Part shown: positions 63,117-64,000 of the stretch, in pieces
Numbering within the stretch: position 1 is the first letter of the stretch
Layout of the letters: the number at the start of each line of letters is the position of its first letter
IMG/VR virus record: IMGVR_UViG_3300015214_000034
Span: 4,313 to 68,312 of that record
Origin: a virus
Lineage: Duplodnaviria; Caudoviricetes
Direction: 5' to 3' (one strand)
DNA length: 64,000 bases
Translations under genes and position numbers: made by a program
The notes under the pieces: generated by a model
Seen by the model: the letters and a program-made list of their open reading frames with translations, nothing else
Database searches by the model: none
Told to the model about the DNA's origin: nothing

Positions 63117-63244
63117 AGGTCGCTATTGATAGTCGCCAACTTTATGCGCGGCAATTGCTAATTGCGACTTGCGTGTTCATGGCACTGTTGGCAAGGTGCG
63201 GGCCGGGGCTTCATCGCCCCGCCCACCACATAGGAGACGCCTCT

Positions 63245-63514
63245 ATGGCGACCGAGGAAACCATCAGCGTCCATCCGGGCGACATCATTCAAGACAGCGC
63301 CGGGCAGCTTATGCTCGTGACCCAGACGAAGCCCCGCTTTGTGGGCGCGGTGCAGCGTTGGCACGACGGCATTGAAATGCAGGAACGCTATCACCGGCTC
63401 CGGCCGGGATCGTTCGTCGTCTGCGGTGCCGCCCATCTTCTCCCCGAGGAGATCGCACAGGCCCGGCGCGACAGCCTCAAGCTGGCAGCGGAAATCGCCA
63501 AGGAGCAGGGCTGA
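63245..63514 (+). CDS. Hypothetical protein, first gene of rightward operon
   Basis: CCCACCACATAGGAGA RBS. Confidence 0.65.
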   Translation: MATEETISVHPGDIIQDSAGQLMLVTQTKPRFVGAVQRWHDGIEMQERYHRLRPGSFVVCGAAHLLPEEIAQARRDSLKLAAEIAKEQG

Positions 63515-63780
63515 TGGCTGTCGTCATGATCTTGCGTGGCGATGCGTTCGGCCGCGCCACCGGCTTTGAGGGCCAATATCTCCGCGACTTCGATTTCGAG
63601 GCCCATGATGGCGTCGGGCTGATCGACATGACCCCCGACCTCCAGCAGGCCAAGCAGTTCGACGATCTGGCCGAGGCGATCACCTATCGCGGGCGCTCGC
63701 CGATCTGTCGTCCGCTGCGCGAGGACGGCCAGCCGAACCGGCCGCTGACCGCGACCACATGGGAGTTCAAGACGATATGA
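63514..63780 (+). CDS. Hypothetical protein
   Basis: TGATG-coupled; GQYL..FD.E. Confidence 0.65.
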   Translation: MAVVMILRGDAFGRATGFEGQYLRDFDFEAHDGVGLIDMTPDLQQAKQFDDLAEAITYRGRSPICRPLREDGQPNRPLTATTWEFKTI

Positions 63781-64000
63781 GCGCGCTGATCGAAGCGATG
63801 CGCGGCAGGCTGGCGCGGCGGTCCTATCGCCGGGCCATGCTGCGGGCCATCGACGCCGCCGCCGAGCCGAGCGAGATATGGGGGGCCTGCAATCGCAGCG
63901 ACGGCCTCCGTGCGATCCGCGCTTTCGAGCGGCTGAACGGCAAGCCCTTCAACCCACACGACCAGACGTGCTGCGCCATCGTGCGCGGCACCGGCCCCAA
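63777..64000 (+). CDS. Hypothetical protein (3'-truncated by window edge)
   Basis: ATGA-coupled; open to end of window. Confidence 0.5.
   Translation, partial: MSALIEAMRGRLARRSYRRAMLRAIDAAAEPSEIWGACNRSDGLRAIRAFERLNGKPFNPHDQTCCAIVRGTGP

Noticed and set aside
1-64000. Stop-codon recoding or suppressor system
   Set aside because: Core genes read through under the standard code and the only true tRNA has a CAT anticodon

Overview
The whole 64 kb window is a GC-rich (roughly two-thirds G+C) tailed-phage genome segment with siphovirus-type morphogenesis genes, probably infecting an alphaproteobacterium (host is an inference). No host chromosomal gene, integrase or clear CI repressor is visible. 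Layout: (+) recombination/early genes 1-12.7 kb; (-) lysis, tail, head and portal genes 12.9-39.7 kb; (-) a Ro60/TROVE locus and tRNA 40.3-42.5 kb; (-) terminase 42.9-45.0 kb; a small (+) early island 45.2-47.0 kb; (-) DNA modification/replication genes 47.0-63.1 kb; (+) genes from 63.2 kb. The standout is a phage Ro60 (TROVE+vWA) gene preceded by an array of four related Y-RNA-like ncRNAs, found by reading the minus strand. Two carry circularly permuted tRNA mimics (Thr-like and Glu/Asp-like) and two are short. The array has its own sigma70-like promoter and an atypical fMet-like tRNA upstream. Other notable items: a CCACCAC motif fused to the Shine-Dalgarno of many genes that is complementary to the conserved UGGUG of those RNAs; a cytosine MTase split over two overlapping reading frames; an amino-MTase with a PLP-enzyme domain inserted; a TGT/DpdA-like gene; a phage acyl carrier protein; a repeated palindromic promoter/operator; and a 108-aa domain duplicated in two tail-tip proteins. 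Family names come from motif recognition only; no database search was run.
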